Shown piece by piece: positions 46,723-57,665 of a stretch of DNA of 64,000 nucleotides (positions are counted from its first letter, which is position 1; every line of letters starts with the position of its first letter). Source of the DNA: an uncultured Chloroflexia bacterium (GTDB taxonomy: Bacteria > Chloroflexota > Limnocylindria > Limnocylindrales > CSP1-4); assembly GCA_963717255.1 (NCBI GenBank), contig CAVQVT010000014.1, positions 8,751 to 72,750 of the forward strand, read 5' to 3'. Below the pieces are notes generated by a model, which saw only the letters and a program-made list of their open reading frames with translations, had not been told where the DNA came from and ran no database searches. The position numbers were made by a program, and so were the translations under genes.

Positions 46723-48878
46723 ATGGGCGTCGATCGGCGAGCGCACATCCGGGCGGGACACCACGGGGGCCAGCACGGGCCGGCCTTTCGCGGCGCGCCT
46801 GCCGTCGTCGCGCTCGTGGCGGCCGGTGCTCGGCGCCTCCGTCGCCTTCGCTCCGGGTGCCGTCGGCGCCGTGGGTGTCGCGGCAGGTGCGGCGTCCCCG
46901 TCACCCCTCGTCGAGTCGGCCTGGTCGGCCTCCTTCGCCTCCTCCCCCGCGAAGGGCACGGGGACCGTCCGCGTCCTCGACACCGGCGCGGGGTCGGTCG
47001 TGCTCTCCCTCCGCGGGCTGAAGGCGTCGGCGACGTACGCGGTCTCCGTCCGCCGCGGTGCGTGCCCGGCGCCCGGGAAGGTCGTCGCGTCGGTCGGCAC
47101 CGCGAAGGCGACGGGCGGCGGCGCCCTGACCGCCACACGCCCGCTGTCCGTGTCCCAGGCCGCCGCGCTCCGGGCCGCCACTGCGGGCACCGGCCGCGCG
47201 TCGCTCACGGTGACGGGCGCCGGACGGACCGCGTGTGCGACCCTCGCGAAGTCGGCCGCCGTGACCCCGCGGATCTGGTTCGCGCCGCTTCCGCCGATGC
47301 CGCAGCGGCCGGGGCGTATGTACGTGGGCTCCACGGACTTCGCCGCCCTCTTCGCGCCGAACGCGCCGTGGAAGGCGACCGCCGGCCGCACGCACGTGTT
47401 CAAGCTGTACGGCGAATGGCTCGGCGGAACGGCGACCGATGCCGAACTGCGGCGCGTCGTCGCCGCACTGGAGGCACGACAGATCGAGATCGCGATCGAA
47501 GCGGGCCCCCTGATCGCCGGCACCTGCGGCGAGGGCGTCGAGGGGTTCGCCGGTGGATCGGCCGAAGCCCTCCGACTGATCCGGCGCATCGAGGCCGCCG
47601 GGGGACGGGTGCGGTACGTCGCGATGGACGAGCCGTACTTCTTCGCGAGCCTGTACGACGGTCCGAACGCCTGCCGCTGGTCGGTCGAGCAGGTCGCCAC
47701 CGAAGTGGCCCGCTTCGTGCGGGAGGTCCGTGCCGCGCGCCCCTCGGTCGTGGTCGGCGACATCGAGCCGCTCGCGGGAGCGGCGACGGCCCAGCGGTAC
47801 GAGGAGTGGATGGCCGCGTTCCGCGCGGCCACGGGCACGCCGCTCCCGTTCTTCCACCTCGACCTCGACTGGGGGCGGACGGGCTGGCCGGCCGAGACGC
47901 TGCGCCTGCAAGAGTCCGCGCGAGCGCACGGGACACGCTTCGGGATCATCTACAACGGGACCGCCGAGCCGACCGACGCGGCCTGGCTCGGTGCCGCCTG
48001 GGATCACGTGGCGACGCACGAGCTCGACGGCGACGGCCCCCCGGACGACGCGGTCTTCCAGTCGTGGACGGACAAGCCCGACCTCGTCCTGCCGGAGTCG
48101 GGCGAGAACACGTTCACCGGGCTCATCGCGCGATACACGCGGGCGCGGACCGCGATCGACGTGTCGGCCGCGAAGGGCGCGGAGGGCCCGCGGGCGATGG
48201 GGCGGCTCCGGACGCTCGGCGGGTCGCCGGTCGCGGGCGGCCGCGTCGCCGTGTCCGCCACGCCGCTCGACGGCGCGTACCAGGTGCTCGAGGTGACCGG
48301 GACCGTGCCGGCGGGTGCGACGCACGCGGTGGTCGGGATCCGCGTGAACCAGGAGGGTGCCGGTCCGGGCGACGCCGACCTGACGGTCTACGAGGTGGGG
48401 TACGCTGAGGGCGCGGGCGGGCCGAACCTCGTGTCCGACCCGACGTTCGCGCAGGGGCTCGACCGATGGGGCCGGTGGGGCGACGGGAGCCTCGACGACG
48501 CCCGAGAGCGACCGCGGGTCTGGCCGGATGCTCCGGATCGTGGCGCCGGCGGCACGTTCCCTCGGCATCAACTCGGCCGAGTTCGTCGTTACACCCGGCG
48601 CGGCATACCGTGCGTGGATCGCGGTGCGCGTCCCGGCGGCCTCCGCGGACGCCGCCTACGTCGCGCCGATCTTCCTCGCGGTGGACGAGCTGCGCCGCGA
48701 CATCCGGGCGATCGCGCCCGCGCCGGTCCCGCTCGGGACCGTGACGACGGACGCGTCCGGCGGGTTCACGCAGAGCCTCGGCGGGCTCGAGGCCGGCCTC
48801 TACCGCGTGACGGCCGAGTGGCCCGGCGACGCGATGCGGTGGCCCGCGCGGGCGCGGGCGGAGGTGCGCCTCCCCTGA
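46723..48878 (+). pseudogene. hypothetical exported protein (N-terminal beta-rich domain, TIM-barrel-like middle, C-terminal CBM-like domain); appears to need 2 frame corrections
   Basis: GGGAGG lies 7 nt before the ATG at 46723 (signal n-region ..APAVVALVAAG). The protein continues in ORF 46826.. (LGASVAFAPGAVGAVG..) as far as ..FAQGLDRWGRWG. It then continues in ORF 48528..48878 (LRIVAPAARSLGINSAEFVVTPGAAYRAWIAV..). The frame switches near 46820 and near 48500. No family was recognised. Confidence 0.5.
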
Positions 48879-48920
48879 CAGGCGCGTGTTTGCGGCGGGC
48901 CCCCGTGGCGTGCGACGCTC

Positions 48921-49385
48921 TTGCGGACCGGGCCCGGCGCCGTCGGCCGGCAGCGCGAAGGAGCGGTGGTGACGCAGGAGCAGCGGTCCGTCCAGGGACG
49001 CCCCATCGGGGTGACGCTCATCTCGACGCTGGCGCTCGTCTGGAGCGTGATGGCCTTCTTCGAGGCGCTCACGCTCTTCCCGTCGTCGGCCTCCGCGACG
49101 ATCGTGGACCAGGGACTCGACACGGGACCCCTCGGCCAGACGCTCGCGTTCGCGGCGCTCGCGCTCGGGGTGGTCTACTTCCTCGTCTCGTTCGGCCTCT
49201 GGGACATGCACCGCTGGGCGTACTGGCTGACCCTCGGCATCTCCGTCCTGCACGTGGTGGGGAGCGTGCTCGGCGCGCTGCTGGGTGGCCCGACGTGGAC
49301 GATGGCGGCGGTCGCGTCGATCGTGCCGGTGATCCTCGTCTTCTACCTGCTCACGCCCGGGATCCGGCGCGCGTTCCGCGTCTGA
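48921..49385 (+). CDS. hypothetical membrane protein (4 TM helices)
   Basis: GVTLISTLALVWSVMAFFEAL, LAFAALALGVVYFLVSFGLW, AYWLTLGISVLHVVGSVLGALL, MAAVASIVPVILVFYLL. Confidence 0.55.
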   Translation: MRTGPGAVGRQREGAVVTQEQRSVQGRPIGVTLISTLALVWSVMAFFEALTLFPSSASATIVDQGLDTGPLGQTLAFAALALGVVYFLVSFGLWDMHRWAYWLTLGISVLHVVGSVLGALLGGPTWTMAAVASIVPVILVFYLLTPGIRRAFRV

Positions 49386-49406
49386 GCGTCCGCGGCCGGC
49401 GGCCTC

Positions 49407-49976
49407 CTACCGGCGCAGCCAGCCCGGGAGCGGCAGCTCCTCGCCCCGCCACCGCGTGATCTCCTCGGTGGCGACGCGCCCGTAGAAGTTGAGGAAGTGC
49501 GCACCGAGCGCGTTCAGCCGCTCGACGACCCGGCCGCGCAGCGCCGTCTCCGGCGCGTGGACCGCCACCACGGCCCGGCCGTCCCGCAGCGCCGCGAGGT
49601 ACAGCGCGAAGTCCGGCGCCTGGTCCATCGTCATGAACCGGACGGCGGTCATCGCCCGCTGGATGACGCTGTCCTTGGCGAGCAGGTCGAGGCGGTCGTC
49701 GGCGCCGTCGCCCGAGAGCACCTCCACGTCGGCGGGTGCGACGCCCAGCCCGACGATCGCGGCGACCGCGGCGGGACCCTCCTCTGGGCGGTCCAGGACC
49801 GCGAGCAGGTGGTCCGTCGGATAGCGGAACGTCCGCCGGGGGCGCGCCGCCTCCGGGTCGCTCGCCGCGGCGGCCGCCATCGCCTCCTCGGCCGCGGACT
49901 CCGCGGCGAGCCGGGAGCGCTCGGCCGCGAGCCGCGCGCGCTCCTCCTGGTGCGGATCGCCGTGCGGATCGCTCAT
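49407..49976 (-). CDS. hypothetical protein (189 aa)
   Basis: Only the last 189 codons of ORF 49407..52970 have protein-like composition (MSDPHGDPHQEE..FRYPTDHLLAVLD..GRAVVAVHAPE..). ATGA overlap with the upstream gene. Confidence 0.5.
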   Translation of the reverse strand: MSDPHGDPHQEERARLAAERSRLAAESAAEEAMAAAAASDPEAARPRRTFRYPTDHLLAVLDRPEEGPAAVAAIVGLGVAPADVEVLSGDGADDRLDLLAKDSVIQRAMTAVRFMTMDQAPDFALYLAALRDGRAVVAVHAPETALRGRVVERLNALGAHFLNFYGRVATEEITRWRGEELPLPGWLRR

Positions 49977-51334
49977 GCCGCTCCCTCCGGTCCATCCAGC
50001 GCGACCGGCGTCGCCCACGCCGCGCGCTCCTGCATCCATGCCGCGAACGTGGAGAGGATCGCCAGTCGGTCGTCCGATCCGAGGCCGCGCGCGAGCGGGA
50101 CCGGGAAGTGCGTGACGAAGAAGGGCGCATCCCCCTCGGCGGTCCAGGCCCCCACGAACGGTGCCAGCTTCACGTCGGTCAGCTCGCGCCGGTTCAGGCG
50201 CGAGGCGAGCGCGGCCGCGTCTGCGGCCGACCGCGCCCGGACGGGCAGCCGGAGGCGCATCGCGAGCCCGGCGCCGTACTCGGGGTGGCGATCCCCGAAC
50301 GAGATCCGGAGCAGGGCGGTGCCCGGGCGAGACTCGCGCGCGACCGCGGTGGCGGCGCCGGCCGCCGCGCCTGCTGCCGCGTCTGCCGCCGCGCCGTCTG
50401 GCGTGGGCACGACCGGGGCCGGCGTCTCTCCGTCGCGCATCGCCGCGAGCCAGGCGGCCTCGTGCGCGCGGGCCGGGTCTGACCGGTCCCTGCGGGCCGC
50501 ATCGACGAGGGCGCGGGTGCGCTCCTGGGGGCTCCGGTCGGCCATCAGTCCGTCGGCACTCGACGCGGGGACCTCCGCCGTGACCGCGTCGGGGCCGTGC
50601 ACGGCGAACGGGAGGAGCGCGAGCGGGCTGCGCACGAGCGCCCGGAGGTCGCCCTCCGTGAACGGCGTCGCCCGATCGCCGGCCGCCGCGAACGCCGCGC
50701 CCGAATCCACGAGCTCGTCGTGCTCGGCGCGTGATCCCGAGGCCGGGTGGCCGGTCGCGGCGATCGATCCGCCGATCTCCGCCTGCAGGGCGTCCACGCT
50801 CGACTCGGCGATCGCGGCCTGGAGGCCCGACACCGAGTACACGAGGGGGTCGAGCCATGCGTCGCCCGCGTGACACCAGATGGTCGCGGCGAGGGCGACC
50901 GTCCGCTCCTCCGGGTCCCACACGAGCCCGTCGATCGCGGCCCGGGCGTTGTGGCCGGCGATGTGCTCGACGATCTCCCGCGTCGCAGGGACGTCGCGCA
51001 GGAGTGTCGTCGTCGTCGTCACGCGAACGGCCGAGAGGCCGTGGAGGACGACCGGGTCGCCCACCCGGACGGTGAGCGCGAGCCGCCCGGGCCACCACGT
51101 GAAGCCACGGCCCCGCTCTACGGTCCACTCGGGCTGCGTCCCGAGGTGCTCCTGGAGGAGCGCGAGGATCCGGGGGCCCTGGTCGGCGCCGTCGGCGAGG
51201 ACCGCGTCCGCCTCGCTCGGGTCGGCGCCCGCGGGAAGCGCCGGGACGGCCGGGAGGAGGTCGGGCTCGAGCGGACGGGCCGGGTCGGCGCCGCCGAACG
51301 TCTCGGCGAGGGCTCGGGCATCGACCGACGACAT
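49973..51334 (-). CDS. hypothetical protein (about 453 aa)
   Basis: ATG at 51334 follows GGAGG. Protein-like composition starts at MSSVDARALAETFGG... No family was recognised. Confidence 0.5.
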   Translation of the reverse strand: MSSVDARALAETFGGADPARPLEPDLLPAVPALPAGADPSEADAVLADGADQGPRILALLQEHLGTQPEWTVERGRGFTWWPGRLALTVRVGDPVVLHGLSAVRVTTTTTLLRDVPATREIVEHIAGHNARAAIDGLVWDPEERTVALAATIWCHAGDAWLDPLVYSVSGLQAAIAESSVDALQAEIGGSIAATGHPASGSRAEHDELVDSGAAFAAAGDRATPFTEGDLRALVRSPLALLPFAVHGPDAVTAEVPASSADGLMADRSPQERTRALVDAARRDRSDPARAHEAAWLAAMRDGETPAPVVPTPDGAAADAAAGAAAGAATAVARESRPGTALLRISFGDRHPEYGAGLAMRLRLPVRARSAADAAALASRLNRRELTDVKLAPFVGAWTAEGDAPFFVTHFPVPLARGLGSDDRLAILSTFAAWMQERAAWATPVALDGPEGAA

Positions 51335-51524
51335 CGGGCCTCCGGGCTGTGCGAGTGGGCTGAGCTCGCGCCCGGTTCGCGCCCTTGTGCGCGCCCGGGA
51401 GCGGGGGGAGCGGCCACAGGGTACCCCGGGGTCGGCTAGGCTGCGCCGCGTGGGGACGCGCCGCGCCGAGCCGCGCGCCGCGCCGAGCCGCGCGCCCACG
51501 CCGAGGGGCCGGGGAGGGGACGGG

Positions 51525-53003
51525 ATGACGGGACCGGCAGCCGGGACGCTGCGGGAGATCGTCGGGGAGGACGTCGAGGTCCCCGTCGTCACCGGCGGCA
51601 CGCGTCGCTACGTGAACCTCGACGTCGCGGCGAGCGCACCCGCGCTCCGCGCGGTCGCGGACGGCGTGGCGGCGTGCCTGCCGTGGTACGCGAGCGTCCA
51701 CCGCGGCGCCGGGTTCAAGAGCCGCGTCTCCACCGAGCTGTACGAGCGGGCCCGCGAGGCGATCCGGACGTTCGTCGGCGCGCGGTCGGATGACGCCGTC
51801 GTCATCACGCGCAACACGACCGACGCGATCAACCTGCTCGCGAGCGCGCTCCCCGAGCGCACGACCGTCCTCGTCTTCGCCGTCGAGCACCACGCGAACA
51901 TGCTCCCGTGGCGCCACGGGACGCACCACGGACGCGTCCGCTATCTGCCGGTCCCCTCCTCCCCCGATGACCTCGTCGGGCTCCTCGATGCGGCCCTCCG
52001 CGAGGAGCGGGCAGGCGGCACCGCCCCGGACGGATCGGAGCGCGCCGGCGCCGGGCACATCCTCGTCTCCACGACCGGGGCGTCCAACGTCACCGGCGAG
52101 ATCTGGCCGCTCGCGCGCATCTCGGAGACCGCGCACGCCCACGGGGCGCGCTTCATGGTGGACGCCGCGCAGCTCGCCCCCCACCTGCCCGTGGACATCG
52201 CACGCGACGGGATCGACTACCTCGCGATGTCCGGGCACAAGCTCTACGCGCCGTACGGCGCCGGCGCGCTCGTCGGGCGGCGCGACTGGCTCGAAGAGAC
52301 GGAGCCGTTCCTCTGGGGCGGTGGGGCCGTCCGTTTCGTCACCCTCGACGACGTGATGTGGGCTCCCCTGCCCGACCGACAGGAGGCGGGCTCGCCGAAC
52401 GTCCTCGGGGCCGTCGCGATGGGGATCGCGTGCGAGACGCTCGCGGCCATCGGGATGGAGTCGATCGCCGCCGAGGAGCTCGCCCTCCACGCCCATGCCG
52501 TCGGCCGGCTCTCGGCGATCCCGGGGGTCCGGGTCCACCTCACGTGGGGCATCGACCAGCCGCACATCGGCCTGGTGACGTTCGCGGTGGACGGGTACGA
52601 CCATGGCGAGGTCGCGTCGGTCCTCAGCGCCGAGCACGCGATCGGCGTCCGGCACGGCTGCTTCTGCGCGCACCCGCTGATGCTCCACCTGCTCCGCATG
52701 GACGAGGGGGCCGCCGCCACGATCCAGGCGGCGCTGCGCGCGGGCGAGGACCCGCCGCTGCCGGGCGCGGTCCGGATGAGCTTCGGCCTGGAGACGACCG
52801 AGGCGGACGTGGACGCGGTCGCGGACGCGCTGGCCTCGATCGCACGATCCGGGCCCGCCTGGACGTATCGCGTCAGCCCGGTGACCGGCGAATGGGAGCC
52901 GGACCCGGACCCGCGGGCATGGCCGGACCTGCCGCTCACCGCGGGTGCGCGGGGAGCTGCCGGCGCGCACGCGCGGCGCGCGACGGCGGGCGAGGCGTCG
53001 TAG
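51525..53003 (+). CDS. class V aminotransferase / cysteine desulfurase-like PLP enzyme
   Basis: YVNLDVAASAP..RNTTDAINLL..HHANMLPW..ASNVTGE..VDAAQLAPH..SGHKLYAPYGAGAL (PLP lysine)..AGSPNVLG..VRHGCFCAHP. Confidence 0.85.
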   Translation: MTGPAAGTLREIVGEDVEVPVVTGGTRRYVNLDVAASAPALRAVADGVAACLPWYASVHRGAGFKSRVSTELYERAREAIRTFVGARSDDAVVITRNTTDAINLLASALPERTTVLVFAVEHHANMLPWRHGTHHGRVRYLPVPSSPDDLVGLLDAALREERAGGTAPDGSERAGAGHILVSTTGASNVTGEIWPLARISETAHAHGARFMVDAAQLAPHLPVDIARDGIDYLAMSGHKLYAPYGAGALVGRRDWLEETEPFLWGGGAVRFVTLDDVMWAPLPDRQEAGSPNVLGAVAMGIACETLAAIGMESIAAEELALHAHAVGRLSAIPGVRVHLTWGIDQPHIGLVTFAVDGYDHGEVASVLSAEHAIGVRHGCFCAHPLMLHLLRMDEGAAATIQAALRAGEDPPLPGAVRMSFGLETTEADVDAVADALASIARSGPAWTYRVSPVTGEWEPDPDPRAWPDLPLTAGARGAAGAHARRATAGEAS

Positions 53004-53024
53004 GCGGCCCCGGCCGCCCCGCGA

Positions 53025-54038
53025 TCAGGACTCCGGTTCGGCCGGCGCGGGCTGCGGCGGATCGGCCACGTGGACCGGGCCAGGCCCGTCGTCGGCCATC
53101 GGCGCGTCCGGGCCGGCCGCGTTCGCCTTCTCCCCGGTCGCGGCCTCCGCGCGGATCCCCTTCCGGACCTTCTCGACCCGCGCCTTCGCATCGGCCACCT
53201 GCGCTCTCACGCTCTCGAGGACGGCCTCCTTCGTCGCTTCGGTCTCCGCCTCGATCGTGGCCTCGGCGTCCGCCTCGCCCTCGTCGAGGAGTGCCTCGCG
53301 CTCCGCGAGCTGCTGGTCCATCGCCATGACGCGCTCGGCCCACCAGCCGTCCGGCGCGGTCAGCGCGTCCCGGCCCTCGCGGGCGGTCCGCTCGGCGCGC
53401 CCCTTGAGGCCGAGCAGCATCCGCCGGAACATGACGAAGCTGCCGGGCTCGAAGCCGAGGATCATCGGGAGCTGCCGCAGCCCTGCGGCGGACTTCGTCG
53501 CGGACTCCACGTCCCATTCCGCGAAGCGCGCGCGGCCCCGGAACACGAGGCGGGTCCCCTCCTCGACCGGGAGGAGCTCGAAGCAGAACGACCCGGCGCC
53601 GACCGCGGAGTCCTCCGCCTCGAGCAGGAGGAGCCTGTCCGGCTCGAGGGAGACGACCGGCAGGTCGAAGGCGCCGAAAGGCATCGCGTCGCCGACCTTG
53701 AGCCCCTGGAGCTCGGGGATGATGAGCTCGACCGAGTGGACGTCGAGTCCCAGCCGCTTCTCGATCATGTCGTAGCTGTAGAAGCCGGCCCGGCCGATGC
53801 CCATCTGGACGAGCCACGGCCAGACGTCGGCGGGCGGCGCCGCCACTGTGACCGCGTAGGTCACCTGCCAGCTCGGATCCGTGACGACGTCGTCGCCCGG
53901 CATGGGGGCGGCGAGCTCCTCGTCCGTCGCGCCCCACGCCCGGAAGAGCGGGCGGACCTTCCGCGAGTAGGACACCGCGACCGCGGTGGCGGCGAGCGAG
54001 AGCGCCACGGACAGGGCGACCGCTGTGCGTGCCTTCAT
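53025..54038 (-). CDS. SRPBCC-like hypothetical protein with an N-terminal anchor and an acidic coiled-coil tail
   Basis: VWPWLVQMGIGRAGFYSYDMIEKRLGLDV..IIPELQGLKVGD block. The C-terminus is rich in E/A. Confidence 0.55.
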   Translation of the reverse strand: MKARTAVALSVALSLAATAVAVSYSRKVRPLFRAWGATDEELAAPMPGDDVVTDPSWQVTYAVTVAAPPADVWPWLVQMGIGRAGFYSYDMIEKRLGLDVHSVELIIPELQGLKVGDAMPFGAFDLPVVSLEPDRLLLLEAEDSAVGAGSFCFELLPVEEGTRLVFRGRARFAEWDVESATKSAAGLRQLPMILGFEPGSFVMFRRMLLGLKGRAERTAREGRDALTAPDGWWAERVMAMDQQLAEREALLDEGEADAEATIEAETEATKEAVLESVRAQVADAKARVEKVRKGIRAEAATGEKANAAGPDAPMADDGPGPVHVADPPQPAPAEPES

Positions 54039-54174
54039 CGGGGGACCCTCCTGCCGGTCGAGCCGGCGAGCCTGGCTGAGTCCGACCAGTCTGCCCCTCG
54101 CCCTGGCCCGCGGCGAGGGCCTTCGGTCATGGGTTCCGACCGGGGGCGGCCCGGGTCGCTCCCGGCGCCGGCCC

Positions 54175-55365
54175 TCAGGCGACCCCGGCGCCCGCCGCCG
54201 GATCCACCGCGAGGACCCGGGGGGTCAGCCCCGTCCGCGCCGGATACTCCGCGAGGACGGCCCGTGCCAGCGCGTCCACCGCGCCGCGGCGCACGAGGTT
54301 CACGGTGCAGCCGCCGAACCCCGCCCCCGTCATCCGGGCCGCGACCACGCCGGGCACCGCTCGGGCGATCTCCACGAGGGCGTCGAGCTCCGGCGAGCTG
54401 ACCTCGTAGAGGTCGCGGAGCGACGCGTGGCTCTCGGCGAAGAGCCGCCCGACCGCCTCGAGGTCCCCGCGTCCGAGCGCGGCGACGGTCTCCTCGACGC
54501 GGATGTCCTCGCGGACCACGTGCTCGCAGCGTCGGTACGTCTCGTCGTCCAGGACGCCGCGGAGGCCGTCGAGCATCGACGGCGTGACGTCGCGCAGCGC
54601 CCGGACCGGGAGGCCGCGCTCGGCGAGGATCGCCACGGCCCGCTCGCACTGGGCGCGCCGCGCGTTGTACTCGCTCGCCTGCAGCTTGCGCACCGACCCC
54701 GTGTGGCAGACGACGAGGACGTGGCCGGCGAGCGGGAGGGGGACGGCGCGGTGCTCGAGCGACCGGCAGTCGAGGAGGACCGCGCCGTCGGCGCGGCCGC
54801 AGGACGACGCGAACTGGTCCATGAGGCCGCACGCGACGCCGACGTAGGCGTTCTCCCCGCGCTGGCAGATGCGCGCGAGCGTGAGCGGGTCCACCGCCGG
54901 GTCCGTGGCCGGGGAGAGCGCCCACGCGGAGGCGAGCTCGAGCGCCGCCGAGGAGGAGAGCCCCGAGCCCTGCGGGAGCGTGCTCGCGAGAAGCCCGCGG
55001 AAGCCGCGGAGCGGGAGGCCGGCCTCGTGCATCGCCCAGGCGGTGCCGGCGACGTAGTCGACGAACCCTCCGCGGCGCTCGCGGGCCGCGACGACGTCGT
55101 CGAGATCGACGGAGGCGCGCTCACCGGTCGCGTCGAGGACGATCTCCACGCGACGGTCGTCGGTCGGCACGAGCGCGATGCGGATCTCGAGGTCGATCGC
55201 CGCGGGGAGCACGAGGCCGTCGTTGTAGTCCGTGTGCTCGCCGATGAGGTTCACGCGTCCCGGCGCCCGCACGACGACGACGGCCCCGGGGTCGGCGGCG
55301 GCACGGGGCTCGACGGCCGCGAGCCTCGCGCGAAGACGGCCCGGGTCGAGCGCGGACCGGTCCAC
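54175..55365 (-). CDS. galK: galactokinase
   Basis: GRVNLIGEHTDYNDGLVLPAAI signature, GHMP motif GSGLSSSAALE, and C-terminal ARMTGAGFGGC. Confidence 0.92.
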   Translation of the reverse strand: MDRSALDPGRLRARLAAVEPRAAADPGAVVVVRAPGRVNLIGEHTDYNDGLVLPAAIDLEIRIALVPTDDRRVEIVLDATGERASVDLDDVVAARERRGGFVDYVAGTAWAMHEAGLPLRGFRGLLASTLPQGSGLSSSAALELASAWALSPATDPAVDPLTLARICQRGENAYVGVACGLMDQFASSCGRADGAVLLDCRSLEHRAVPLPLAGHVLVVCHTGSVRKLQASEYNARRAQCERAVAILAERGLPVRALRDVTPSMLDGLRGVLDDETYRRCEHVVREDIRVEETVAALGRGDLEAVGRLFAESHASLRDLYEVSSPELDALVEIARAVPGVVAARMTGAGFGGCTVNLVRRGAVDALARAVLAEYPARTGLTPRVLAVDPAAGAGVA

Positions 55366-55453
55366 GGCCGCCGGGGCGGCACGGGTGCGAGGGCGGGCCC
55401 GGGTGCCGGCTCCGCCGCGGTCGGGGGCGCGGACCGGTCAGCCCCGTCGGCCG

Positions 55454-56449
55454 TCACCGGTCCACCTCGGTGGGATCGGCCGGCTGCACGTCGCGCAGGC
55501 GCGCCGCCGTCTCCTCGGGGAGGGTGTCGTTGATGAAGGCGCCGGCGCCCGCCTCGGACCCCGCGAGGAACTTCAGCTTCGTCGCGGTGCGGTTCGGCGG
55601 ATAGAACTCCACGTGCAGGTGGTACCCGTCGTGGTCGCCGCCGTCGGTCGGCCGCTGATGGATCGCCATGATGTACGGGAGGCTCCCGTCGAAGAGCGCG
55701 TCGTACGCGAGCAGCTGCGCCTTGAGGCTCCGGGCCATCGCCGCGATCTCGGCACCGGTCAGCTCGTGGAGCCAGCCCACGTGCCGTCGAGGGAGGAGAT
55801 GGACCTCGTAGGGCCAGCGGGCGTAGAAGGGCACGACCGCCATCCAGTCGTCGGTGGCGGCGACGACCCGCCGGCCGTCGGCAACCTCGTCGGCGACGAC
55901 GTCGCACCAGACGCAGCGGCCGGTCCGCGCGCGGTGCTTGCGGGCGCTCTCCGCCTCGCGCGCCAGGATCGACGGCAGCCAGCTGTACCCGTAGACCTGG
56001 CCGTGGGGATGGTGGAGCGTGACGCCGATGATCTCGCCCTTGTTCTCGAAGCAGAAGACGGCCGCGACATCCGACCGTGCGCCCAGGACGAGCGTCCGAT
56101 GGGCCCATACCCCGATCAGGTGCTCGATCCGCTCGAGCGGCTGGTCGGTGAGCGTGCCGTCGTGCACGGGCGTGTAGACCACGACCTCGCAGACCCCGTT
56201 CGACGGCGCCACCGGCATGAGCTCGGTGCCCGCGACGACCGGGTCCTCCGGGTCGGGCCGCAGCGAGGGGAACCGGTTCTCGAAGACGGCGATGTCGAAG
56301 TCGGCGCGGGAGATCTCGGTGGGGATCCCGTCGGGTCGCGTGGGGCAGAGGGGGCAGAAGTCGCGCGGGGGGAGGAAGGTCCGGTCCTGGCGATGGGTGG
56401 CCGTGATGACCCACTCGCGGAGGACCGGGTTCCAGCGTCGCTCGCTCAT
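55454..56449 (-). CDS. galT: galactose-1-phosphate uridylyltransferase (HIT-type)
   Basis: ATG at 56449. RWNPVLREWVITATHRQDRTF, CPLCP zinc site, FENRFPSL, and active site HHPHGQVYGY. Confidence 0.9.
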   Translation of the reverse strand: MSERRWNPVLREWVITATHRQDRTFLPPRDFCPLCPTRPDGIPTEISRADFDIAVFENRFPSLRPDPEDPVVAGTELMPVAPSNGVCEVVVYTPVHDGTLTDQPLERIEHLIGVWAHRTLVLGARSDVAAVFCFENKGEIIGVTLHHPHGQVYGYSWLPSILAREAESARKHRARTGRCVWCDVVADEVADGRRVVAATDDWMAVVPFYARWPYEVHLLPRRHVGWLHELTGAEIAAMARSLKAQLLAYDALFDGSLPYIMAIHQRPTDGGDHDGYHLHVEFYPPNRTATKLKFLAGSEAGAGAFINDTLPEETAARLRDVQPADPTEVDR

Positions 56450-56798
56450 CGGCCGTCGGTCCCGCCGCGTGCGCCGCCCTGTGCCCCGCCGGGCCGCTCG
56501 CCGGCGGCCGTGCCGGGTCGCGGCCACGTGTAGTAGAGGACGTAGCGGCCGTCGGGGAGCCGCTCCTCCTCGACGACGAGATCGCGCGGGTCGCCGCCGG
56601 CCGGGACCGTCCGGTGCCGGTCGTCGCCCGTCGGCGCCGCCTCCCGCCCGTTCAGCCTTGGTCCGTGCCATCGCACCCCTCCGGCCGCGTGTGCGCCGCG
56701 GACCGCGATCCGCGTGGCGCCGATTGGTCCAGACCTATCACGGAGACCTGCCGTACACTCCGACGGGCAGGCTCTCACACCGGAGGATACCCGCGCGG

Positions 56799-57656
56799 GT
56801 GGGCAAGGAACCGCTTCATTCGATCGTCGCGAGCAGGGCCGAGGCGCGCATCCGGTCGGGCGAATGGGCGCCCGGCACGCGACTGCCGCCGGAGCGCGAG
56901 CTGTGCCGCGTCCTGGACATCAGCCGCGCCACGCTCCGACAGGCCCTCGCGGAGCTGGAGCAGCGCGGGCTCATCACCCGCCACCAGGGTCGAGGCACCT
57001 TCGTCACCCGTCCCCCGGTCGCCGCGGAGATCTCCGGCTTCTTCACCGTCGCCGCCGCCCTTCGTGCGCGGGGGATGCAGCTGGCGACCCGCGTGCTGGC
57101 GGTGGAGACCGAGGATGCCAGCCGGCAGCTGGCGCAGGATCTCGGCTGCCTGCCCGGCGACCCGCTCCTCCGGCTGGACCGCCTGCGCCTGGTCGAGTCG
57201 GAGCCGCTCATGGCCGACTCGACCTGGCTCCCCCTGGCGCGGTTCCCGCGGCTCGAGGCGCACGACTTCGCCGGCCGCTCGCTGTACGACATCCTCCGCG
57301 AGGACTACGGCTGCGAGCTCGAGAGCGCGCTGGAGTCGTTCGAGCCGGTCGTGACGACGCCGCGCGAGGCCCACCTGCTCGGCGTCCCGCGCCACGCTCC
57401 TGCCCTGCTGCTGCGCCGCGTGGCGTTCGACTCCGCCGGCGTCCCGGTGGAGATGAGCAACTCGCTCCTCCGGGGGGACCGGTCGCGGTTCCTCCTCGAA
57501 CGCCGGTACCACGACGTGTGGGCGGCGGAGCCCGGCGAGGGTGCCGGGCGGAACGACGCGCCCGGCGGCCCGCAACCCCGCGATGGCGAGGTCGGCGACC
57601 GCAACGGCATCGACGCGTCGATCGTGCGCGAGGCGCTCCTCCCCGATCGCGGCTGA
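56799..57656 (+). CDS. GntR-family (HutC/UTRA subfamily) transcriptional regulator
   Basis: GTG at 56799 follows GGAGGA. LPPERELCRVLDISRATLRQALAELEQRGLITRHQGRGTFV, then a UTRA-like effector domain. Confidence 0.85.
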   Translation: MGKEPLHSIVASRAEARIRSGEWAPGTRLPPERELCRVLDISRATLRQALAELEQRGLITRHQGRGTFVTRPPVAAEISGFFTVAAALRARGMQLATRVLAVETEDASRQLAQDLGCLPGDPLLRLDRLRLVESEPLMADSTWLPLARFPRLEAHDFAGRSLYDILREDYGCELESALESFEPVVTTPREAHLLGVPRHAPALLLRRVAFDSAGVPVEMSNSLLRGDRSRFLLERRYHDVWAAEPGEGAGRNDAPGGPQPRDGEVGDRNGIDASIVREALLPDRG

Positions 57657-57665
57657 CGGCGAGCG

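Noticed and set aside
49977-52970. Upper ~1000 codons of the 1187-aa minus ORF 49407..52970
   Set aside because: Junk composition. The region overlaps two better-supported minus-strand genes in other frames and the class-V aminotransferase on the plus strand.
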